From the NCBI GenBank assembly GCA_010405405.1, contig MU004237.1, positions 100,191 to 164,190 on the forward strand: DNA of 64,000 bases, written 5' to 3'. The translations under genes and the position numbers were made by a program. The stretch comes from Microthyrium microscopicum. Taxonomy: Eukaryota. Under the pieces are notes generated by a model, which made no database searches, had not been told where the DNA came from, and saw only the letters and a list, made by a program, of their open reading frames with translations. Every line of letters begins with the position of its first letter. The first letter of the stretch is position 1. Of this stretch, positions 52,262-64,000 are shown one piece after another.

Positions 52262-55200
52262 ATGGCAAGCCGTAATGATATCGCCGTTATTGGCATGAGT
52301 TGTCGATTTCCAGGCGAAGCTAAATCTCCAGATGAGTTCTTCGAGATGCTCCTGCACGGTCGTTCGGCTTGGAGCGAGATTCCCAACGACAGATTTGATA
52401 TCAACTCTTACTGGCATCCAAGCCATGACAGACATGGATGTATGGTTGGCCGTGGTGGACACTTTCTCGCTGAAGATGTTGGACTATTTGACGCGCCGGT
52501 AAGCTGATTTTCGATACTCACAATCCAGTCATCTGCGACTTGACTAACAAGAAACAGTTTTGTGAGTCGAAAGGGTTGCTGTGACACTGATAAACAGAAA
52601 CTAAATGTTGACTAGTTTCCTTCACTGCTGCTGAAGCTCAAGCAATGGATCCACAGCATCGGATGCTGCTTGAAGTCACCTATGAATCTCTAGAGAACGG
52701 TGCGAAACTTCTTGAATGACGATTCCGAGAACTGTGAGATCTGACTGAATTTAGCGGGGATACCTCTTCATACCATTGCTGGATCCGACATGCCGTGCTT
52801 TGTAGGGGGTTTCACCAAAGGCAAGCCATATAGAATCAACGTTTCAAAATAACAGCTAACATTGCCAAAGACTATGAGAAGCTTTCAAGTAACGACCTTG
52901 ATGACACGCTTTTATATTCGGTGACAGGAAATGGTATCTCTATGCTATCGAATCGTCTGAGTTGGTTTTATGACCTTCGTGGCGAGTCTGTGACATTTGA
53001 CACGGCCTGCTCGAGCTCTCTTGTGGCTCTACATCACGCATGTGCCTCTGTTCGTGCATCTAAAAGCGGATGTAGGCAGGCAATTGTGGCAGGCTCGAAT
53101 CTTATGTTGATTCCTGATCCAATGGTTACAATGAACCCATTACACATGCTGAGCCCTGATTCACAGTGCTTTACTTTCGATAAGCGTGCGAATGGTTTCG
53201 TTCGTGGCGAAGGCTTTGGGGTATTGATCCTCAAACATATTGACGACGCTATACGGGACAACGACCATATACACGCAGTCATTAGGGGAACAGGGGTTAA
53301 TCAAGATGGCCGAACACCTGGAATAACACTTCCAAGCGCCGACGCTCAGGCACGCCTGATACAAGCCACTTATGAAGCTTTCAATCTATCAACCTCAAAA
53401 ACAACATACTTTGAAGCACATGGGACTGGCACACCAGCAGGCGATGCAGCGGAAATTGCTGCGATCGCGTCTGTTTTCAACCGGTCGAATGCTGAAAATC
53501 CACTTTTCGTAGGATCAGTGAAGCCAAACATTGGACATCTCGAAGGCGCCGCTGGAATAGCTAGTCTGATCAAATCAATCCTAGCGGTTTCGAAAGGCAT
53601 CATTTTTCCTAGCATCAACTTTGAACATCCAAATCCAAAATTGAAGCTGAGTGAGCGCAATCTCAAAATCGCAACGGAGCCTACTCCTTGGCCAACTTCA
53701 GGACTGAGACGTGCGTCAATAAATTCATTCGGTTACGGTGGTACAAATGCTCACTGCGTAATTGACGATGCATTCAACTATTTGCAAGAAAGAGGATTAT
53801 CAGGTCACACGGAAACACTATTGGATACTCCAGCGGGCTCTCCTCAGCATTCTCGTGGGGACTCAGGTATTGATATGGGTGACGGCCAAATTATTGCTCA
53901 GATATCAGCTTTACCCAAGCCGACTCTTATCACTCTTTCGACTCCAGATCAAGCGGCACTTTTGCGGTTAGCGAAAAGTCACTCCGAGGATCTGAAATCA
54001 CGCATATTATATCAATCACAAATACCGTCTGATTATCTGGAAGATCTTGCCTTCACATACAATTCCCGAAGAAGCGTCATGCAATGGCGAACATGTACCG
54101 TTGCATATAACACAGCAGACCTTGCCGAGAATTTCTCAAGCATTCAAGCTCCAGTTCGTAAGACTGCTTCACCAGGCCTCATTTTTTGCTTCACTGGCCA
54201 AGGCGCTCAGTGGTATGCCATGGGCCGCGAGCTCATGATTTACGATGTGTATAGATCATCTGTTGAAACTGCTGCCAGCTACCTGTCCTCTACTTTGGGC
54301 TGTTCTTGGAGCGTAATGACTGAGTTGTTCGCAGATGAGATGAAGTCCAACATAAACATGGCCCAGTATTCTCAACCTTTATGTACCATTGTACAAGTCG
54401 CTCTGGTCGATCTTCTTCAACATTGGGGTGCAGCACCAAAGATTGTGGTGGGCCACTCCAGTGGAGAAATTGCTTCTGCATATGCTTCGGGTGCAATTTC
54501 GGCTGAGGATGCCTGGAAGATTGGTTACCACCGGGGCCGGTTATGCGGAATGATAAAAGAACTGGCACCAGAGCTTCATGGCTCAATGCTGGCTGTTGGT
54601 CTTTCACCTCAAGATATTGAACCATTCATTTCGAAACTTAACGTCAAGGAGAGTGAAACTCTTACAATAGCCTGTTACAATAGCCCAACGAATATCACCA
54701 TGTCCGGGGACACTCATCTCATATGCCAACTCGAGATAGAACTGCAACACGCAGGCGTGTTCTGTCGTCTTCTTCGAGTCGAAAATGCATATCACTCAGC
54801 ACATATCAAGACTATCTCAGAGCTCTTTAGGTCTTCAATTGCTGATATAAAGCCGAAGGCAATGACTGCAGGCGTCGTGATGTTCAGTAGTGTCACCGCG
54901 GGTAGAGTTCAAGGAGAAGATTTAGGAGTCGAATATTGGATAGGCAACACACTGGCTCCAGCAAGTTTCACTCAAGCACTTGAAGCAGCTCTGTTGGCTC
55001 CAAAAGCTACGTCAAGGAATCTGAATGGAGTACCTTCAGTCAACACGATCATTGAAATTGGACCACATAGCGCTCTAAAAGGTCCAATCAGAGAGATCCT
55101 TGCTAAGGTGAAGAAGGCAGACTCAATATCTTACGTGACAACATTGATTCGCAACAAGTCAGCAGCTGATACAGCTGTTACGGCAATAGGCGCCTTGTGG

Positions 55201-58200
55201 TGTCGGGGATTTGATGTCGCTCTTAATCGAGTTAATAGTATTTCCGCCACGCCTCGTACAAGAACCCCGATCGTGGACCTCCCAAAATACCCGTGGAATC
55301 ACGATCACCGCTACTGGTAAGTAAAATAACCAGACACCCGACTTGTATGCCTGTATGCTAATTTTATCGTTAACTTGAAGGCATGAGAGCACTTCGTTCC
55401 AGAGTCACCGATTTCGAGCTGCTCCGAGAACAGACCTGTTGGGAAGGCCGGAACAAGAATTTGACTGGAACTACCCTACCTGGAAGAACTTCATCCGTAT
55501 CTCAGAGCAGCCTTGGATAAGAGATCACCAAGTCCATGGTAGCATTATTTTTCCAGCAGCGGCAATGCTTTGTGCCGCAGTGGAAGCCGCCAAAGCTCTT
55601 GTGGACGACTCCAATGCAGTCAGGCAGTACGAATTCCGCAATGTCAATATTGGTCGGGCGCTGGTTATCCCACAATCAGATCCCGGAATCGAGGTGTGGA
55701 CAAGGCTGAAGCCGCTGCGGAGAATTTCCAAGACAGATGTAGTCCACCGCTATCAATTCACGTTTACCTCTCTTGAGGCAACTTCTTTCCAGGATAGGAC
55801 ATACGTGGAACATGCTTCTGGAACCGTAACAATAACATACAAAGAAAATCACGAAACAGATGATGACGAGCAGAAGAGAAAAACATCTTTCACTCATGAA
55901 CGTTATCTGCGAGCCTTGGAATCCTGTACTAAGGAAGTCACCGGGAAAGAACACTATTCAATGACTCAAAGTATGGGAATAGAGTATGGCCCTGCTTTCA
56001 ATGGTCTCAAATCAGTAAACAGTGGATCAGGCGAAGCCACATTTCTTCTTGAAATCCAGGATATACAATCTATGATGCCATCAAACTTTGAATACCCTTT
56101 CCTTTTGCACCCAACGACACTGGATGTAGTCTTGCACAGTTCAATTCAAGCTTTCATTGCTGCAGAGAACCGCACAAAAGATGCCATGGTACCCGTTGGG
56201 TTTGAGAAGATCATAATCTCAGCTAACATACCGAATGCTATTCACACAAAATTGATTGGCTATGCAAATGCGGCGAATACTGGTTTCAATCAAGCTTCGG
56301 CCCATATTAACATCAGCACCGATGGGTGGCCCGAGACCTTGATTGAGGTTCATAACATGACGTTGAAGAGCTTGGGAAATGGTTCCACCGACAATGTACT
56401 GGCAGAACAGACTGACATACCAATTCGGGTGGCCTCGAGACAAATTTGGAAACCTGCTATCGACTTGGTAGATCCTTCGAACAATGATTTGTCAAGACTC
56501 TTGTGTAAGGAATTTACCTCTACAGAAGACTTGACCATGTGTGCTGCAACAGGGACAAGAGTCGCTGCAATATACATTAAACGGGCGCTACGTATGTTGC
56601 CACTAGAGATACAGTCAAAGGTATCGGAATCATCAACAAAGGTCCTAGCTTGGATGACAGACCGTTACGACTTGGCTTTGAGCTATAAGCTTCCCAACCA
56701 GACAGAATCCGAATGTTGCTGGACTTGCATGAGCTTCGAGGAAGAGCAAACCCTTATCGATTCGTTCAAAGAAATGAGTCCTACACATGGAGAAGTGCTT
56801 GAAAGAATTGGAACTGATCTGATCCCAATTCTTACAGGCCTAGTTGAGCCTTACCAACTCCTTTCACAAAATGGAGCTTTGTTGAAGTCTTATACTGATG
56901 ATTATATTCGTACTGCAGATCTCGCCATGCTCAAATCTTGGTTTGATCTTCAGGGCCATAAACACCCAGATATGAAGATTCTCGAGATAGGAGCTGGTAC
57001 CCCTTCGGCCACCTTACAGATATTAAGTACTTTAGATAAGGATGGTGGAACAAGCGTGCCTCGATTCCGCTCCTTTTGCATCACGGACACAGAGGACAAG
57101 GTTTTGGAGGCAGCCCAGGCAGTCCTCAAAGACTGGGATGAATTTCTGGAGTACAAAGCTCTTGATATTAAAATGGATCCACAAAGTCAGGGATTTTTAC
57201 TTGGTTCTTTGGACGTCATTACCTGCGGCAGCAATTTGTTTGCTGTTGATCTTGATAGCGCCTTTTGGAACTGTTTTCAGCTTCTGAAACCAGGAGGAAA
57301 GCTAGTCGTCAACAGACCAATCTGGACATCGGACCATATTGAACTGATATCCAGAGTTGTGCCACAACTGCGGCCCTCACATGATGACAACAATCTGTCT
57401 CTAGACCGCTGGGCAGAACGTTTGCGACTTGCAGGTTTCCAAGTTCAGAAGCCTATCATCGCCCAAGATACCTCAGGCAATCCTCATACGGCCATGCTAA
57501 TTGCTCGAAAGCCAGTACGTAGAAGAGTAGAAGCTTTAAAGGAGGTTACAATTATCAAACCAGTCAGAGGGGGCGATGCTGGTGATATACTGGTCAACAG
57601 ACTGGTCAAGAATTACACAGATTATGGATCTGTAGTCAATGTTTTGGCTCTTGAGCAGGTGTCTCTACTGACCGATCCGCTCTCTACGAGAGAACCAAGC
57701 CTGGGAGGAGTGATTTCGCTAGTGGAAGCTTTTGAACCGGTGGCCGTTCGTTGTTCACAACAAGAGTTCGAAGCCATTCAATCAATAGTCCTGGCAAGCA
57801 ACAAATTGCTTTGGGTCTCCTGCAGAGTATCCGAAATTGGTATCAGGGAGCCTGATGCTTGCATAGTATCAGGTATCCTTCGCACCGCCCGTTCTGAGAA
57901 TGTAAGTCTACGTGCGCAGGAATTGCATGTAAAGAGGCGAGTTACATCTCAGATCCACGAAGTCGCTGCCATAATCCGCCGGGTCGCATACAATACCTGG
58001 GACAACACTTCTGAAGAGTTGTTTGAAAATGAAATCGTCGAGGTCGATGGCTTCCTTCAGGTACCGAGAATAGTTGACGATGTGCGAATGAACAGGACTC
58101 TACAATCTTTGGGTCGTGTTCGAGAACCAGAGTTACACTCTTTGTCACAAATCATTCGTCCATTAAAATTGACGGTCGGAACTCCTGGACTTCTTGAAAC

Positions 58201-60392
58201 GCTACACTTCACTGACGATCCTTCATTCGAATCGGACCTTTCGCATGATCATGTGGAGATTGATGTAAAGGCGATTGGTCTTGATATTCAGTAAGCAAAA
58301 ACACTCATAGAATATCGAATGAGGAGTACTAATGCATTTTAGTGACGCCCTTGTCGCGACAGCGAAGGTTCCCGGCTTCGACATGGGCCTCGATGCGGCT
58401 GGTATTGTTGTGAAAGCTGGATCGAGCGTCTCTAATATCTCAGTTGGCGACCGGGTGGCCTTCATGCACCCTGGAAGTCTATGTACGAAAGCACGCATTG
58501 ATTCCACTTTACTGCAGAAGCTTCCCAACAACATGTCATTCGAAGAAGGTGCTGCCATTCCAGCTACCTTTGTAGCAGCATATCATGCTCTAATCGAGAC
58601 TGCTAGGCTGTCACAAGAGGACACAGTTTTGATTCATGCTACGCCTGGGGGACTTGGCCAAGCTGTTATCGCTACTGCCCAATTGATGGGTGCCGAGATC
58701 TTCGTTACGGTGGATTCAGAGATTCATAAAGAGTCTATAATCTTAAACTTTGGGCTGGCACCAGACCATGTCTTTGTCTACCACTCGTTGAGCTTTGTAG
58801 ACGGTATCAATCGCCTGACTGCTGGAAAAGGGGCTGATATTGTCCTAACCACCTTGTCTGGTGAAGCCTTGCGAGCAACCTGGGACTGTGTGGCATTGTT
58901 TGGGAGAGTTGTGACTATCCATACAGGGAAAATACTGGAGAGCAACCAAAGCGACGCGGTGGACACGAGAATACTGACCTCTAAGAACATCACTCTTTCT
59001 TCAGCCAGTGTCGTTGATCTTCTGCGTCATGCACCTCGAAGAGCTGCCAGTACCTTGGAAGCTATCTTCAGTATCATTCGAGATGGCAGGTTGAAGCCAA
59101 GACAGCCAACAGTCACCGACTTGACTGATATAGGCATTGCAATCCGTAATGTCGAGAACGAAGCTTCATTGAACAAACAGGTTCTGAAAATCTCCGAAGT
59201 TTCAGAGGTAAACGCAATACAGCCGGACTTACATCCACTGAAGTTCAACCCAAATGCATCTTATGTGCTAGCGGGCGGATTAGGTGGAGTAGGTCGAGGG
59301 CTTGCTTCGTACATGGCTCAGCATGGTGCTAAGCACATCGCCTTTCTTTCCCGAAGTGGAGGTTCAGGTCCAGAAGCCGGACGCACTCTCGAGCAATTAA
59401 AGGAGGTGGGAGTCAATGCTGCAGCTTACGCATGTGACATAGCCGATCACTCTGCGGTTGCTGCTGTATTGGACCAAGTTGCTCTAGAAATGCCACCCAT
59501 AAAGGGTCTCGTCCAAGCAGCTATGGTGATCAGCGATGGTTTGTTTGAGACCATGTCCTTTGAGAGTTGGAAGACTTCGACTTTGCCGAAAATCCAAGGC
59601 ACCTGGAATCTGCACGAGCTTATGCCAAACGACCTCGACTTCTTTATACTATTTTCTTCGGCGTCAGGTATACTTGGAAATCGGGGGCAGTCCAACTACG
59701 CCGCTGGAAATACCTATCAGGATGCAGTCACACATTACCGTCGAAGTCTAGGTCTTGCATCGACAACGCTTGATTTTGGTGCTATCAAAGACATTGGCTG
59801 GCTTTCAGAGCACCAGGAACAGCCAGTGCTACAAGGGGCGGAACGACTGACGATTACTGCTGAACAACTGTTTGCAATTTTCAAGAGCGCTGTGACGGGA
59901 TATACCGACAACAACACTAGATTGCCATGCCAGCTGATGACGGGACTAGGTACTGGCGGCCTTGAAAGATTAACTCTAGATGAAGGAGGGACAGATTATT
60001 ACTGGCTTTCAGAGTCTGCCAAGTTCTCCTACTTACAGATGCTCGATAGTCAACTCGTGTCAGGCGGCAGGGAGCTCAACGGAACACGCGAGCTAAAGGA
60101 CTCTTTTTCAATGGTTACAAGCTTCACAGCCGCGATTGAACTTATTACAAAGGCATTGGCAGACAAAATTGCCAAGAGCCTATTGGTTGAATCAAGTGAA
60201 ATTGATCTCGATGCTCCCATCTCATTCTACGGCATTGACTCACTGATGGCGGCGGAGATGCGAAATTGGTGTCTCAAAGAACTGCAAGCTGATATCCCGG
60301 TTTTTGAGTTTTTGGGTAGTGTCACATTGGTAGCACTGGCTCGTCAAATTGCAGAGAGTAGCGCTTTGGTTCCTGATCACCTGGAAAGATGA
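52262..60392 (+). CDS. Iterative highly reducing type I PKS: KS-AT-DH-(degenerate C-MeT)-(degenerate ER)-KR-ACP, no release domain
   Basis: KS DTACSSSL, EAHGTGT, NIGHLEG; AT GHSSGE, AYHS; DH WIRDHQVHGSIIFPAA, HPTTLD; C-MeT LEIGAGTPSAT; ER LIHATPGGLG; KR GGLGGVG, GQSNYAAGN; ACP GIDSLMA. Introns 52499-52557, 52562-52615, 52700-52754, 52821-52870 (GC-AG), about 55317-55380 and 58290-58342. Confidence 0.95.
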
Positions 60393-60866
60393 ACGATGGA
60401 TTTGTATGTTCGCGGTAGATAGTGCGGACTTCAAATCGAGAATCCTTAGCTAGAATAAATTCGATGTGTAACTTGTGCTAACTATGATGAGTTTGGAAGC
60501 TATTTCTGTAAGAAGAACTGAACTGAATCAAGCGTTGAAGCGCTCTTTCAGTAACCTAACACACTGCATTGTTGGTCTGTCGGGCTCACCGAACTGTACG
60601 AATTGTACAAGAGCTCTCATGCAGGCCGAGTTAGATGCATGCGGATTCAATAGGTGTGATAATTAGGGAGACTTTGGTGCCAGTTAGTGTCGTACAACCA
60701 GGTAGGTTCAGAGAGACCATTGGCAGGAAACAAGGATAATGGTTTGTTGCATGCTGGTTACTGGCCGGATCCATTGGACCCGATTTATATATCGCCGCTT
60801 ACTCGTGTCGTGTACCGCCGTTCAAAACTACCAGATAGTAGCCACGGCTTCATATCATATTTAAAA

Positions 60867-62827
60867 ATGCACCTGCCAGATCGGTATACAGATCTATCCT
60901 ACCTCGACTTACTCTCTTATACCTTTGAGAACTTGTCGTCGTATGACCAGAACCAAAGTGTAAGTTTGACATCCTTTAGAGTCAGTCCTTCGGTCATTAA
61001 AAATATGTAGATTTATGTCGACGCTCACGATGAGACCAACCATCTTTCCGCGTTCCAGATCAAGAAGTATGTTGGGAGACTAATCAGTGGCTTCCGAGCA
61101 TATGGTCTGAAACCTGGAGACTGTGTGTTCGTGCACTCCTTCAACAATGTGAGCTTTCTTATTGATATTAAGGGAGACATTTGTACTTATGCATTAGCGA
61201 AGATCTGGTATACAACTTTGTACCTTGCAATTATCGGTGCAGGTGGATGCTGTGCATCAGCCAACCCAAGCTACAAGACATTGGAAATTATTGACCTATT
61301 CACGCTTGCTGAAGCAAAATTCGTAGTCGTTGAACCCGAGCTTCTTCCTAACATACTCCCGGCTATAAAACAATATGGCCTGCCTCTGGCTAACGTCTTC
61401 ACCTTTGATATGAAAACCAAAACAGATTCCAGTGGTTTGACTGCTTTGGGGTCGTTCTTGACATATGCAGAAAGTGACTGGGTTCAATTCAACGATGCAA
61501 AACAAGCAAAGGAAACAGTTGCTGCGCTGCTTTTTACTAGTGGCACCACTGGTCTTCCAAAGGCAGCCGCTATGTCACATTTCTCACTTGTCTCTATGAA
61601 TGTGGCGATACGTGATCCGGAGCCGAAACCATACGAGGTAAGAAAACATAAAACCCTTTCCTTTTGGTACTACCTTATGTAGAAACATAGGGTGCGCGCG
61701 ATGTCCTAGCAACTCACTTTGTCCTAGGTCAATCGACTTCTTTGCTTGCCTCAATTTCACTCATTCAATGCATCACTCACTCATGTGGCGCCGCTAAGAG
61801 ATGGCCATCCTATCCATATCATGCGTCGATTCAATCTTGAGCATTACATCGAATACGCGCAGCAGCATCGCATCACTGAAACAACAATGGTCCCTCCTAT
61901 AGTCATGCAGATCCAAGCCTTCTGCTTGAAAGAACGAGTCTCGCTTTCTACCCTTCAATTGATCCTATGTGCGGGTTCTCCGCTGGAGAAGGAACTCTCC
62001 AAATCAATGTTGAAACTCCTATCACCCACAGCGCGAATGTATCAGGTGTACGGTATGTCGGAAACAGGATGGATCACTTCTCTTTTTTATCCACAAGTAG
62101 ACGAGTCAGGAAGTGTTGGGCGGCTTCTCCCGAATGTAGAGTGCAAGTACGTTTGATCGAATCTCGAACATACACAGTACATTAGGCGATGGACTAACGC
62201 ATGCGTAGAATTGTAGATGAGAACGGTGCAAAAGTTCTGGAAGGCTGCCACGGCGAGCTTCTCGTCCATGGCCCAGCACTAATGACTGGATACTTAGGTA
62301 ATCCTGAGGCAACTAAGCAAGCCTTTGTTGGCAGTTGGTTGAAAACTGGGGACGTTGGCTATATGCAGCAGGGAATGATCTATATTGTTGATCGTGTCAA
62401 GGTAAGATTCCTATGCGCACCGGACCTCGGGCATCGTTTGGACTCAACGGTTCCAATACTAACGCAGTTGATTGCATAGGACATGATAAAGGTGCGAGGC
62501 TGGCAGGTTGCTCCTTCAGAGCTAGAGGCCCATCTTCGCACTCATCCCGCTGTTGCTGATGTTGGTGTCGTTGGAATCAGCCTTCCAGACAGTCTCGGCG
62601 AACTACCTGCAGCTTATGTTGTGCTCAAAGAACCGCAAATTGACCGTCCAGTGACTGCGGATGAATTGATCGAGTATTTGGGAAACCGTTTATCCAAAAT
62701 CAAAGCTTTATCTGGTGGGATCCGATTCGTAGACTCAATCCCTCGCAATGTTAGTGGGAAGATCTTGCGCAAGGAGTTGAGACAGCGAGCACAACAAGAC
62801 TTCAATATTAGCAAAACTGTCGATTAA
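60867..62827 (+). CDS. 4-coumarate:CoA-ligase-like acyl/aryl-CoA ligase (ANL superfamily), multi-exon
   Basis: GLKPGDCV, LLFTSGTTGLPKAA (P-loop), LPQFHSF, QVYGMSE, GELLVHGP, WLKTGDVG, IVDRVK/DMIKVRGWQVAPSELE, IPRNVSGKILR. Confidence 0.92.
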
Positions 62828-64000
62828 TATCGTCACATTGTGTCGCTATGTGTATGCCAGGGGATATCAATTGACTTGGAATCAAGGTTAAAGCGAAGGC
62901 GCGTTTCCTTTGTTGTGCATTAAGATGAAATTCCAAAGACAATAGAAAAGCAACTTATGGTCGTCAGTGGCATTGTTTATCTTTACAGACAGTGATATAA
63001 AGGCAGGTCATACACAAGATAAGGCAGTGAGAATGAGACGCGAGTTCAATGTTGAGTTAAAAAAGATGGCATCGACGCGTCGTTGATTTTCTGTTACAGA
63101 CAATGACTAATACAACATCGATACATTTCGGCTAGCTAGCTGTACACTAGTCCACAACAGGCATTAGATTACCCGTAAATAAATCATAGCTTTGCGTCTT
63201 CCAGAAAGTAGAATAGCTTCGAAACCACCGACAGATTTCATCAACTACATCCCCATCGTCGCAATGACAATCCTCTCATCCACCTTCAATCTCCTCGGAG
63301 TTATCCTTCTAACACATGCGTCAGTAAACCCAAACCGGAACCCATCCAGAAGCTAATCATCCCCAAGCGCCTACTCAGCCTACGAGCATTCCCTCCTGAG
63401 CTCTTCCACCAGCGCGGCCAACAATGCAAAGCCATCCACCAAGGCATCCCCATCTTCTACCTCTCTGCCGCCGGATATCGTAGTTGAAGCGCTCTTAAGC
63501 ACGGCCATCTTACTCATTGGCATCGTGATAGGGGCACCAAAGCTCCGACCGATCGAGTGGGCAGCATGGGCTGGTGAGGCCGAGCAAGACACACGACGAC
63601 CTAGAGGCAAGAAACGATTTGAGGGTGATGGAGGGGCCGAGGGCACGAGTATGGCTTGGCTGGAGGACAGAAAAGGGTTTTGGGACGTGAGAGTAAGACA
63701 AACCCGTAACCATCAGAGCCGAGTATAGATCTAACTGCGTTATAGGGAAAGAAAAAGGCTTTCGCAGATTGGGTGCGCGAAAATGGAAGTAAATAGTAGG
63801 TCAGTCCGAGTCATCGCCCATCATGTCAAACCTCCGCTGATAATGATCCTAGATGCATTTGGTAAACCTGTATAAATAATACCCCCATTTGACGCCTCGC
63901 CAAAGAAGAAATCAGGCCAAAGTGTAATGTAGAGGCCAACAAGCAGTTGCTCCAATAACCCAATGCAATTTAGTATCCCTTGTTTCCATCGCAGAACTCC

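Noticed and set aside
63200..63728. Possible sixth cluster gene after the CoA ligase
   Set aside because: Only short ORFs broken by stops; no enzyme or TF motif.

Overview
Intron-rich genomic DNA from a filamentous ascomycete (Pezizomycotina-type GT...CTRAY...YAG introns, mostly about 50 nt). The first 8 kb is a tightly packed block: a dienelactone hydrolase cut by the window edge, Nas6/gankyrin, Sgm1/TMF1 golgin, a Nit-family amidase and exosome Rrp42. From 8 to 44 kb the region is looser and accessory-like: a MATA-type HMG transcription factor, a catalytic-domain-only MetE-like protein, a CHZ-like protein, a Cys-rich cell-surface protein, a HET protein, M35 deuterolysin, an AA11 LPMO, a DUF3176-like protein, an aquaglyceroporin and two divergent type-B carboxylesterases. 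From 44.4 to 62.8 kb is a five-gene secondary-metabolite cluster: Rdc2/RadH-type flavin-dependent halogenase, MFS exporter, FSH1/LovG-type hydrolase, an HR-PKS whose C-MeT and ER motifs look degenerate, and a 4CL-like acyl-CoA ligase. No NR-PKS, trans-ER or regulator is visible in the window. That cluster is the best candidate for an undescribed system (inferred halogenated aryl- or heteroaryl-polyene type product). No tRNA, rRNA, CRISPR array or intact transposon was recognised. All calls come from reading motifs by eye; no database searches were run.
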